Source: Macrostomum lignano
Lineage: Eukaryota
Assembly: GCA_002269645.1 (NCBI GenBank)
Contig: NIVC01000725.1
Span: 186,296-250,295, forward strand
Reading direction: 5' to 3'
Length of the DNA stretch: 64,000 nt
Part shown: one piece after another, positions 1 to 11,860 of the stretch
Numbering within the stretch: the stretch's first letter is position 1
Layout of the letters: every line of letters starts with the position of its first letter
Notes under the pieces: model-generated
Told to the model about the DNA's origin: nothing
Databases searched by the model: none
Seen by the model: the letters and a program-made list of their open reading frames with translations, nothing else
Made by a program: the position numbers and the translations under genes

Positions 1-882
1 GGGCCTAAGGAACGAGGTGTCGAGTCGATTCGAGTTAGTTTAGATGCCATATTACAGTGCATCATCAATAAGTCAATAAATGCCTACATAGCTATTGCAG
101 ATATCATGTTTGGCTATTTAACAGTGCCAGTGGAAATTTAAGATACCCACCCTGTTCAGGTGTCTTAATTTATACTCGTAGCTTGTAGTCAAGAACTTCT
201 GGCCCAGGTGTGTCTATTAAAATGTTCATTAAAAATTGACCTAACGCAGGTATCAGACAACCAACTAGTTATAAGAAATTCTGCTTGGAAAAACCGCTGC
301 AAAGCTCGCACCATCGCACTGTGTTTTTTTTTTTAGCAACCGGCAGTTAATCATGAAACGGTATAAATCTGCATCGAGTTTGTTTTTTTCTAATTGAATC
401 CCATATTGCGGCGTTTTTTATTATCGGCATGTTGCATGTTTAATTTGCTTAGCTACAAAGAGTCTAAGTAGACATCATAGAAATTCCGGTTATTGCAAAA
501 ATTTAATGTTCTGCAATTCACCCAACTACTTGCCATCTCAGAAGATTTTTTGCACTTTAATCTTTACTAACGCAAGAGTGAGGGCAAGCTGCAAAATGAG
601 CGTCTGCTGACTGACAAAACTTGGCACTAATGGTTGCAAAATATTTTAAACACACCTTGAAAAAAAATTTTTACTGGAGTTTGCTAGGGAGTACATGGCG
701 AAGGTAGGTAGGTAGATGAGTAGAGGCGTGAGTTGGGTGAAAGGGTGAGATGGGCTGACAAGTGAGTTAAGCAGATTAAGACGGAATATCTGTAGATTTT
801 CAAGTATCTCAGGTATTTTTATTGAACGCACTAAATATAGCTAATCTACCTACGTTATAAAACTTTCGAAAAACAATTGTAG

Positions 883-3800
883 TCGGAAAAAGACAGCCTC
901 TGCCTGCGTCTTGAGCCCTCCACCTGGCACGTCGCTCAGGCATTCAGTGACTTTCTTCAAGAGTTCAACTGGGAGAAGGCGACCCTGATTGTGTCAGAGA
1001 ACCTGCCCGGCCACGCTGAAATGATTCAGCACATGAAAGAGTCGGCGGAGTCTTCGCAGCGACTCACTGACTCGAGCGCTTTCAAGTGAGGAGTCGTAAT
1101 CGTATTTTCATTTGCCTAGCTGCCACGTATTGGCGAGCCCATTACGACCCCAGCTTGAGCCATAGACTAATCTAGCCAATGACCATGGATAAGCTGCTTT
1201 TCTGCCAAAATATTCACCCTGTATCAATTCAGCAGCTGCCGAGCAGGCAGAGCTTAAGACAGAGAATTCAGGTCAACTGCCATCCAATGTGAAGTCGCTG
1301 ACAGAAACTTGGCCCAAGCAGCGAACGCTACAACGCAGCGAACCTCTCTCTCTTCGTGTGTGTTAGTACTGTTCAGTTCATTCACTCCTAAATTGATTCT
1401 AATAAAAAGTTTTCTCCGGCAAACTAGGTCGCAGTTTTGGCAAAATAAACTACGGTTTTTAGAGATTAGATCGCAAAAAGATATAGCACCGGTATAGTAC
1501 CGACTTTTGTTGACAAATGCTCCTCTTTATTACAGGTTTGAAATCACCAGGGTGCTGAAGTTTCCCGGAATCAATAAATTAAGCGAAGTTCGAACTTGCC
1601 CAGAAGACAGTCGCTGCATCTGGCGATACAAATCAATTTTGAGACAGCTATACAACACAGAGGAGCGAATTTTCATTTTATACGGCATGAGGTGAGACGT
1701 CCCCAAATTTTTCAATTAAAACCACATTCAGTAGTTCACATAGTGCCACTCGATGCTTCCATTCTCTCAGCTCTGATCTCATGCTGCTCTACAAAGCGGC
1801 CAAGGACACCGGGCTGCTGCACCTCTTTGGCAACGAATACGTCTGGCTAATTTCTCCGCCTGCCATCGTTAGTCCGTCGGAAAATATCAAGGACGGCTTC
1901 ACCACTGGCTTGGAGAAGGAGCACCTGCCGGGCTTGTTCGGTATGGACTGATTAGCGCTAGACTCGCAAGTATCCAATAACTAGTAAATGCTTTCTAAAC
2001 AATAATCTGATTTCACGACAGGCTTCTATTACACGCCCGACATCAGCAAGGCTGCAGAAGCGGCCGCTATGTGTGGTACGAGGCGATGCGCAAGTACAAG
2101 GGCCAGCTGCTCAATTCTAGCAGATTAGACGAGTCAACCGTCTTGGGGCGACTGCATCCCAATTTCACGTATAAGCATAGCGATTATCGCAGACAGTTCT
2201 GGGAGTATGGAAAGCACATAACAAAGTAAGTATCTAAATACCTGCTACTACTTCTTACTACAGCTTGTCTGTCTTCGGTTGATCTTTGCTTCATTTGATG
2301 TAAAATTCTTTGAGCGCTCTACGAAATACAGAAACACCAAACATTAATAGTCCATATTGAATGAAGTTTGTAAGAGTAAGTTGACAAATACGAGCAATTT
2401 CAGATTGGCCAAGACTGCAGGCCACTGCTATAGGTGCGACGATATCGAACGCAGAGAGTACATTGGATTCAACAGCAATGGTGTGATTAACACCACACAG
2501 TTTGTTCTGGTAAACAGCCAAATTAAGAAAAATCAAACTCGCTGGTTTCCGGTGGGCAGTTGGAGCATGAGCAGCCGGCACGAGTCGCCCAGTCGCACCA
2601 GCTTCAGAATCGACAGCGTCATCTGGCCGGGATATTCGAAGACGCCACCGATCGGCCGGCCGAAGAAGTATCTCATGCGAGTGGCCACTCTCGAGGAGGA
2701 CCCGTTCATCACTTACAGACCGCTAGAGGCGGACGGCCGCTGCGGCGAGACGTCGCTGAAATGTCGCGTAGTAATGAGCAATGCTAGCGAGTTTCATTGG
2801 TCGAACGCTGACAATATCACTAAGCTGGACGGATCTGGCCGCTACCAATTCAACTGCTGCTCCGGCCTGTCTATTGACCTACTCAGAGAGCTGATGAAGG
2901 ACCTGGACTTCGACGTGGATCTGTTTGAGGTGCCGGACAAAAAGTGGGGCGGCTGGACGGTAAGTAAACTTTAATAAAAGTGCCTTGAAATTCCAAACGT
3001 GCATAGCTTGAAAGATTAGGGATGCGGTTCTACTTACTAAATTTGCTCTAGATGTAAAATCTAATAAAATATCAAAGGAAACAATGGCCCATCTTGGAGA
3101 GAGCATCTTTGTACCTTATACTTCCTCGAAAAATACTACAGGAAAACAAAACTATTCCGTGAGATTTTAACACCAAAACAACCAAGAGCACTTTTAACCT
3201 TGCCCTTAGAAACATCTGAAACTTGTAGCTCTTAATATACGCATTTTCGATTAAACAAACTTCTGTACAGGCGCAGGGTTGGAATGGGCTGGTCCGCGTT
3301 CTGTTGGAGGGCAAGGCTGACATGGTGCTGACTGCACTGAAGATCACACCGAATAGGAGCGAGCAGATCGAGTTCAGCGTGCCCTACCAACGCACCGGCA
3401 TCACCATCTTGGTAGCGCTGAGAGAGGGCGCGATCTCCACTAGGGCTTTTCTCAGTGAGTTTCAAAAACAGAACCAAACTGTGGAATGTTACAATGCTTC
3501 TGTCTCAATTCTTGAGACTGGAGCGTATACTGACTGTCAACCACTGTTGCAGAGCCGTACGACTATCCATCCTGGTGTTTAATCCTGGTGTTCTCCGTGC
3601 ACGCGTGCGGAGCAGCTCTGTTTCTGTTTGAGTGGCTCAGCCCCCAGGGCCTCGACAGAGGCAACGTGCCGCCCAGAGGTGAGTGATGACTTCTTATTGG
3701 AGTTCAAGCGTCGAGCAGTACTGCCGATTAAAAGACTATATAAATAATTTCGCGCTGTCAATCAAAAATGAAGCTCTCCACAACAGAAACCAATTTCTAA

Positions 3801-6800
3801 GCTACAATACCAATGCCATCTCACCACATCTGCTTCTTAAGCACCGATATTCGACACACAACCTCTGATGCAACTACCTAATCATCAATACCACCATTTC
3901 TGCACAAATCCTACAATCATAGCAGTTTCGAAACCAATCCACGAAACACTCTGTCAGAGCACAAGTTCAGCCTGTTTCGTTCCCTATGGCTCATCTGGTC
4001 GATGCTTTTCGGCGCCGCGGTGAACGCCGACAATCCCCGCGGCGTAGCTAGCCGTTTCCTTGGCAACATCTGGGCTCTATTCGCCCTGGTATTCCTGGCT
4101 TCCTACACGGCCAACCTGGCGGCATTTATGATAGCTGAAGAGTCATACTACGACCTGTCTGGCATCAATGACTGGCGTCTCATGGAGCCTGGCATGCACA
4201 GACCGCCATTCCGATTCGCCACTGTGCCGTCCGGAGCCACCGAGGAGAATGTGAAGATGAACTTTCCGCAAATGGCCGAATACATGCGAAACTACAGCAA
4301 GAGCAACTTGGACGAGGGTATAAAGGCGCTGAAGAACCAGTGAGTGATTTATTTTTGTTTGTTTGGTATCCACGTATATGGTAGTTAAAGGATCCGCAAA
4401 CTTCTTTATCTAAAGGGCCAGATAAAAACCGAGCTCATGGTTGCAAAGGAGAGAGGAAAGGAAAGGGAATAGAGGAGATAGAAAAAGAGGAGACGAGAAA
4501 TGAGAGATGAAAGGAGAGGGGAGAGGGAAGAGGAGAGAGGAGAGAGATGAGAAGAGCCATAAACCCTGAGCCGATCGCTATTGTTAAGTTTTAAGGCCCG
4601 ATGGATAGAGCTGGATAGAGATGATTCGCATGGGTTGGATGTGGCCCGCGACGAGGGAGTTTGCGGACCCCTGTCAGGTATTTTTAATGAAAGCCAGAGT
4701 TGTTGTTATGGGACGGTTTCGGCTTGTGAAGGGTGAGTTGGTGCAACAAGGAGCCCAAACTCGAGGTGAACTCCAGTTCGTGGGACAGAAATGAGAGCGG
4801 GCATCCCCAAAATTGAGTGGAATGCAATTAGTTCAGCAGTATTGGCCGTTATGAAGCGGAGAGGCGCTCCAACGTGCTCTGTGACAGTAGGATGCAACAG
4901 TATCCTAAGCTCGTAATTGGATGAAAGTTCGATTTCCCAGGATCAGCTGCCGTCGAGCCGCCGCGCTGTATGCATGCATAACTGTCATTCGTATTTCGTA
5001 AATGCAGGAACTACGAGTAGTTCTGGCTACTATATTATTATGCATAAAAATTGGAAAAGTCCCTGAGCATAGCCAGCTATAGCTATGAGCCCATGCATGC
5101 TTCAAAGTCCCACACATTTGAGAGGATTTCTGCTTTCATAGGGGCCGAATAAAATCCTCATCTGGTATCCCATCCCATTTTATCCCTCTTTGATTGCAAA
5201 GCTTTTCGGGTGTTTATTTTGACGTATCTATTTCGGATTGTGAAGCTCTCGGACACAGATGTGACCGTGTTTCTACGTGTGGGCCTTGCCCCCCGCAACT
5301 CGTAAAAGTTCAATTAAATGCATCTCTAAATTTTAACGCAGGTCTAGGTTGAATTCAGGTCCCAGTAAACAACTATCTATGCATCTGCATGGATTTTTTG
5401 CTGGCAAATATGATAAAACCGCTTAAAAATGAAATCAAACATTTGCAGCGAAATTGACGCCTTCATCTACGACGCAACTGTACTGCAGTACCGGGTCGGG
5501 AAAGACAAAGACTGCAAGCTGAAAACTGTTGGTAACTGGTACTCAATGACTGGCTACGGAGTTGGATTTCCCAAAGGCTCTGAGTGGAAGCCCGACATCG
5601 ATAGTCAGATTCTTATCTACAGAAAGAACGGTGCGTTCTTTGCTGCCTAAGCAGAGGTCGGGTAGACTCGCAGATAAAACCAACTTATGTTGAGAGGTGG
5701 CAAAGTAAGCTCGGTGGTAACACGTTTTACTCTCTATAAAAGCATCAGAGTACCAAAGTTGGCTTTGGTCTTGTCGCGAAAGAGAAATGAAGGCAGAACC
5801 ATGGCACAATGTTGTGCATGCGTTCCTCCTTACTGGTTGCGGGTCGACTGATCTATAGTAAGGCTAGTAGTTGTCAAAAAATTCACCCGTCGAGCTAACT
5901 ATAAAATAAAAACAAAAACTAAATTTTTTAGGCCTGCTGGAGCGCTGGAGCAAATACTGGTTCACGGGCGCCTGTCAGCAGAGCGGCCGTCTGCGAAACT
6001 CCAACCAGACGTTGGGCGTGAAAAACTTCATCAGCGCGTTCATCCTGTTGATCGGCGGGATGCTTCTGTGTTGCCTGCTGCTATTGCTGGAGCACTGGTT
6101 CTACCGCTACATGCGGCCTAGACTAAAGGATTTCGACAAGTACGGCTGCTGCGGCTAGTGTCTATAGTGAGTAAAAAATGACCTATTCTGGTCCTTTGTT
6201 CCTACCCTTCAACTTTCACTAGTCTTTGTTTAATTTACATGTAAGATTTTTAGACTATCGCAACTTGTGGTGCAACTAGCCCGCAAACTATTTGGATGTT
6301 TGCTGATACAATATTTTCCTTCGTATTCAAAGCGCATGTCTGCTTTTACTCATTGCTCCCGCGCAGACAGGCTAGAAAGGTCCGGAGAGAGACAAAATTC
6401 ACAAATTTTAACACGTAATTATTCCCAAGCCGGAAGAATTCGCGGCAACAGTCGACTTGGCAATATCTGGGTCCGAAAAAGGATGAGAGCCGGCTGCAGT
6501 TTCACTGGCTTTTCCCTGAGCTGCAGCGGATGGAGGCCCGGTCGCTGGGGAATATGCGCTTCCAGGTTGGCAGTCTCATTAGCATAACCAGCAGTTCCGC
6601 ATCCCACCGTGTCACTACTTGCACTCTCGCCCTCCCCGCCACTGTCCCGCCCAGTCACTCCGCCCGAGCCTTTCCTTTCGGGCATAAGAGGCGGGGCGAC
6701 CATGCAGCAGGAGGCGAGCTCAGGGCGGGAGCGACGCTAGAGGGCTCATAAATTTAATGCTGCCTGCTTTTGAGGTCAGCTGGATAATTGGGAAGAGAAA

Positions 6801-9800
6801 AAGACCGACTGGCAGGCAGTTCGAGGGGCGGGGGTGAGCAGCATTCCCGTGATGCAAGCTACATCTCATGGGAGGGAGTGGCAGTGTGTTTGCCTGAACA
6901 TCCCGAATGAAGTCGCAGTTCCGGAGACAGGCGCAGCTGCAGCCCAGGCTTTAAAATAGGCCCTGTTCTCCCTTTCCCATGCGCCATGTCCATCAAGAGG
7001 CCTCGAAAGCCAAGACAAACCAGTTTCACCGCCTGCTCAGGTGGCGCAGATGGCCCAAGCCATATCGAGTTTATTGTCGAAATAATTCAAACAAATTTCA
7101 TTTGAGGGCACATGGCACTATATAAGCACACCTTTGACTTTGGATTTTAATGCGGAATTTATTCGCTGGGTGCCAGTTTTATAAAGCGGTGTGAAAAAAA
7201 ACGGTAGTAAAATCAGATGAATATAGCGGTATGCTGATTATTTTTATTTTAATAATACCATTATATATTAATCAAGAATATATCAATAATTAATAATTAT
7301 TAAGAGGTCGTAGCTCAGTGGTTAGAGCGTCGGACTCACGACGTGAAGGTCGGGGGTTCGATTCTCGATCCTACTGGAAAATTTGTGTCCTTGAGCAAGA
7401 CGCTTAAATCTGCATTGTTCTATGGCCCACCCGAGTCTTAATGATTGTCCAAAAAACGCCATTATTTTAGGCTTCCAAAGCGAATTTAAACCATAGACAA
7501 AACTTGGTGAATAATCAGTTAACAGTTTATTTAACAAAAGTGACGATAGATACAGTAGGCAATTGAGAATGGCATAAATAGATATGAAAAATGCGTACAG
7601 GCACAACAAACAATGATATAATAACGCAAACTATGCGTAAATTTTGTATTTTGAAATAAATTTGATTAGGAGGGTGTCATTAAAGAGATTGGAAGATTGT
7701 GACTACTAGAATTGAAAGAGTGGGATTCCTAGTAGTAGGATATTTGGATTCCTAGCATTGGAAGATTAAGATTTTAAGAAATTAGAAGATTCAGATCGGG
7801 ATTAAGCATTGACAAACATATCATTCAGAAGAAAAAGTGGTCTCAAAAGCAAACTTTGTCACTGTCCACATACGAAGTCCAATGTCGAAGCCTAACTTAT
7901 TATAAATTAAAAGTACAATTAGAAAAGCTACAGTTGGCAAACATCGGCTGACGCACTGCTGTACTCACATCCAATTGTTGTTGCGCTACTGAAACGGCCA
8001 CTGTGCTACCGGCTGGTGAAGTAACAAACGAAGTACCTGCTAAATTGTTGAATTGTGTAGTCAACGAACTATCCAGCGTGCTGTCACTTGCAGCTGGCAG
8101 ACTTTTCACATCCGACACGTCACGTTGAAGACTAGTGCTGACAGCAGTCACGTCACGTTGAAAACTAGTGCTGACAGCAGTCGCGACCTTTTTCAATGCT
8201 CTATCCCTTTTGCGCGATAAGTAACGGCGCACAGTAGCTTCACTACGTTGTCCCGTAACGGCCATTATCTCGTCCATGCTGTGACCGCTGTCATATAGGT
8301 CCGAGATGCGCGTGACGCGAATGCAATGGTTCGTGTATCGCTGCGAAAGCGAACACACTTCACTGAGATGTCCCATGAATGAGCACAACCAGTTGACGCC
8401 ACGCACTTGGCGACTAGAAAACCTCAAGACTCCATTAGAAGCATTAGCGAGTGGTCGTGGAAAGAAATTGTCGACTCCTTCTGGCAACAATGACTGGTAG
8501 TGAAGAATAAGATCTCTCTCAGCTCCATAGATGCGACTCTGCTTTGCAACGTTGCCCTTGCACTTTGTCGGATCCGAAGACTGGTTTTTAGTTGGCAAAG
8601 GCGGAAGCTTCAGGTAGCTGTGCCCATCCGCGTCTTTACAATCTAGTAGTGTCCCACGTTTTCGAATCGACTCCAAATGTTCCTGGCCTCTCTCTCCTAG
8701 AGTATAGAAAATTACAAAAAATTACCTCATCTTGAAGTTTTTCTGCGGTCGATCTGTCAAAATGCTGCCTGATTTTTCGAAGGTCTCCGTCCTCAATAGG
8801 TTGAAACTGTTGAACAACTCCACCCTCAGCGCTGAACTGACGAACTTTCACTCGAAGCATTCTGTTAGCCGCTTCAAACTCTGGCCCATTCATAATGTCT
8901 GTCTGCATCTTGAGTATCATTCTTAGGTAACGCTGCACACCAGCTCGAATGCATACAAGGGTAGCAGGCGAATACAGACTTCCATCAGATTTCTTTAGTC
9001 CAAAATAATAGAAACGAAGATACTCTCCTAGCTTCTCGTTGGTCATGCTTTGTACTTCTTCAGTCGTATGCTTGCGCATGAAGGCAATGAATCGACCTCC
9101 CTGTTGCATCATTTGTTCTTGGGTGGAGCGCGGTAGCGAGTCTAACTCGACTTGGTCCATGTCGGCAGCCACAGACTCAGGTAATTCTGGCAATTTGACT
9201 CCGGAAACATAATCTTCCGAGTTAGCCTGCAGATCCGTGAGGAAGCCAATAAAATTCTGCAGATCGGTGTCGTCGTGGTGATCAGTATAACTTAGCGCAG
9301 TAATAAAGCTTAGTTCACTGTCGCTAACTCCATCCAACGATTCGCAGGGAAGATGTTTCCAATTGATCAAAGCCATTTTAAGACGAGCGTAAAATTCCTC
9401 TGGTCTTGCCTTAGAAAACAGACCCTTTAAAGAGCCTTTAGTCAAGGAAAATCATAGTCTATGGTACCCTCCAACTCTTCCCTCAAGTCTTTTCACCCAA
9501 GATTAAAAATTGTCTATGGCCTGTTCTTCGAGAAATTCTAAGCGGTACGCAATGAAAACATCTATGCGGTACGGAATGATCGGTACGCAATGATCGCGGG
9601 ACTCGTTTAGGCCATAGAACAATGAGCGTGTGTAGTATGTATTATCCTTGAATAATGATCGACAGCCACTCGTGGCTTCGCCACTCGTGACAGCGATCAT
9701 TATTCAAGGATAATACATACTATACAATCTACCATTGCTTCAGTTCACCCCGTTGTAAAATGGGTGCCAGCATTAGCTGGGGTAATTGAGGGTGTGTGGC

Positions 9801-11860
9801 GACCCCCCAGTCCTTGGACTGAACAGCCGTACGCAGCCTTCAGATGCGCCGCGCAATAGCTGCGGCTGAGCTGTCGGTTGCAAAACTGCCCATTAGGGCA
9901 GGTGTAATCAATTATTATTATTTTAATACCATTAAAGTATAGCTAATAGTAGGTAACTAATGCATTATCAATCGGTTCCTGAAGTGTGCCAATGAACTAG
10001 ACTCGTTAATGTATAGTTATTCCCGCAAAGATATTCAATCTGATTTAAATAAATAGCCAAACAAATCAGTCTATTCCCGGTCACTTTTACAGAGTATGGG
10101 CCAGCTATTGTCATTTGAGCAGTCAGTGAACCAAACCGTAGACCTGATGAAGCACCACAAATGCAAGAATCCAATTTGCGAGACTCAGCAATGGAAACTT
10201 CGACACGAGTTGGAGACTTCCAGACGGCGGCTGCAGAAGCTTGAGACCCTGCTGATGATGCAGCAGCAGCAGCAGCAACAGCATCAACATCAGCCAGGGG
10301 GTTGCGTCACCTGGGCTGATCAGCAGTCGCCTGTACAATGCGGCAGCGGTGGTCTGAATGGTTCGAGCCGGAGACGCAAGGGCGAGCCTGCTGGTGGCGG
10401 CGGCGGCGGCTACCTGGAGATTTCCGCTAACAGGTCTGCTTATCGGCTGTATAAGTGCATGCTGACTTCCGATAATAATTTCTTTTCTTTTAATTAACTT
10501 CTCTAGAAACTGAATTTGCCCAGATAAGATATCATAAAAATATCGTACTACTTTCTTTTGAAGAATTAAAAAAATTGAACTTGCTTATGGCAGGGGTTGG
10601 CAATTTTTTTACCTTAAGGGCCAGATAGAGAACGTAGAGAATGACTGTGGGCCGGAGGAGGGAAGAGAGGAGAGGGAATAAAGAAGAGAAAAGGGAAATA
10701 AGAGAAAGGAGAGGCGAGAGAATAAAGGAGAAGAAAGAAGAGAGGAGAGAAGAGCACTGAGAAGAGATGTCTCTCGTAAACATTGAGCGGGCCGGATAGC
10801 TATTGCCTATTGGGATGCTTCAAAAGACCCGAGGGCCGGATAGCTATTGCCTATTGGGATGCTTCAAAAGACCCGAGGGCCGGATAGCTATTGCCTATTG
10901 GGATGCTTCAAAAGACCGAGGGCCGGATAGCTATTGCCTATTGGGATGCTTCAAAAGACCCGAGGGCCGGATAGCTATTGCCTATTGGGATGCTTCAAAA
11001 GACCCGAGGGCCGGATAGCTATTGCCTATTGGGATGCTTCAAAAGACCCGAGGGCCGGATAGGGAGGCTCTGCGGGCCGCATGTGGCCTGCGGACCGGAG
11101 TATTTGAAGGTTTGATTTAACCTGAAAACAAACCTGCCGGATTAAAACTCTTCACTTTCTTAACACTAAATTGGAAAAACATTTCGAAGTTCGGCTTTTG
11201 TAATCCGCCTGACTGACGGTGCCAAAACATGAAGCGCTTGAGACCAAACTGACGCTAATTAACCAATGAACGGACCTTAGGACCAATTCAGTCCGATCAG
11301 CAGCAAAATTCGTTTCCGGAGGATTTCACTTTTTTCTTTTGTTATAATGACTGACTCCCACCCGCAGCTCCGAGGCCGAGCTGTCTCGTCGCCTGCAGCC
11401 GGAGCAGCAGTTCTCAACCCAGGTCGTCCCAGTGCAACAGCACTGCCAGCCGAGCTCCCAATCGTCAAAGTTGATGCCAGGCCCTGAAACTGCTTTGCCT
11501 AACTGCCACCAGCGCCGTCGGCAGCCCCAGCCTCAGCATTCTCATCCTCATCTACATCAGCAGCAGCAGCAGCACCACCACCACCACCATCAGCCGCTGA
11601 TCGATCACCGGTTTCCAAGAAGCCCGAACTCCAGCTACCAGTTAAGCCCGGTGTCCAATCTGGAACGGCCTCCTTCGTCGCAGAGATCAAACGAGATTCT
11701 CTACAAGCACCCCAGCATCCGGAGCTCGCCATCGGGATCTGCCCTCATGACCTACTCGATGCCGCTGCCAGCTGCGCCACCGCCCCCAACGGACAGCGGC
11801 GCTCGAGATGATGCAGCTACCGAGAAAGAGGCTTTAGTTGTCAAGGAGTCTGTGCTGTAG
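883..11860 (+). CDS. GRIN2: NMDA-type ionotropic glutamate receptor subunit 2 (GluN2/Nmdar2-like), multi-exon, 5' end upstream of window
   Basis: GT-AG exons read manually: 883-1085, 1536-1691, 1771-1940, 2022-2225, 2404-2959, 3271-3454, 3553-3678, 3958-4339, 5449-5630, 5932-6166, 10093-10433, 11368-11860. Motifs: VATLEEDPF, CCSGLSIDLL, YTANLAAFMI, FIYDATVL, C-tail SMG..HKCKNPICETQQWKLRHEL and a terminal ESVL PDZ ligand. Two apparent 1-nt deletions (~2067, ~6156). Confidence 0.95.
4388..4673. mobile_element. Non-autonomous hAT-like MITE with AG-rich interior
   Basis: Imperfect terminal inverted repeat AAGGATCCGCAAAC ... GTTTGCGGACCCCTG; shares AAGGGCCAGATA and ATGTGGCC motifs with the copy at 10591. 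Confidence 0.5.
7304..7417 (+). mobile_element. 5' half of a tRNA-headed CORE-type SINE (interrupted)
   Basis: A/B-box head (GTAGCTCAGTGG...GGTTCGATTC) followed by CCTTGAGCAAGACGCTTAAATCTGCATTG; colinear with the intact copy at 59904-60017. Confidence 0.85.
7418..9732 (-). mobile_element. Crypton-type tyrosine-recombinase DNA transposon (DUF3504/KCTD1-related family), 2315 bp
   Basis: Inserted into a SINE with CATTG on both sides (7413-7417, 9733-9737); carries a YR reading frame and structured ends. Confidence 0.85.
7900..9376 (-). pseudogene. Tyrosine recombinase ORF (~490 aa if repaired), frameshifted at 8689-8692
   Basis: ORFs 8636-9445 and 7900-8676 join if GAGA is removed, giving RRGQEHL. 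Motifs: YSPATLVCIRAGVQRYL, TKN, YTNHCIR, TGQRSEATVRRY, and a C-terminal FSNCTFNL. Confidence 0.85.
9733..9925 (+). mobile_element. 3' half of the interrupted CORE-type SINE
   Basis: CATTGCTTCAGTTCACCCCGTTGTAAAATGGGTGCCAGC... is near-identical to 60013-60198 and ends in an (ATT)n tail. Confidence 0.85.
10591..11104. mobile_element. hAT-like MITE containing a 44-bp tandem array (~10786-11060, about 6 copies)
   Basis: Starts CAGGGGTTGGCAA..AAGGGCCAGATA and ends GGGCCGCATGTGGCC; unit GAGGGCCGGATAGCTATTGCCTATTGGGATGCTTCAAAAGACCC. Confidence 0.55.

Noticed and set aside
7304-7380. tRNA gene
   Set aside because: The acceptor stem does not pair, and the sequence continues into a SINE body also seen at 59904; it is a SINE head.
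9661-9694. Hairpin spacer as a bridge-RNA-like guide for the insertion target
   Set aside because: No convincing match to the target flanks beyond GCTTC; there is no support for RNA guidance from this sequence.
10786-11060. CRISPR-like array (also considered for 32210-32815, 39600-39795, 56345-56800)
   Set aside because: Units are head-to-tail with no unique spacers, the context is eukaryotic, and there are no cas genes.
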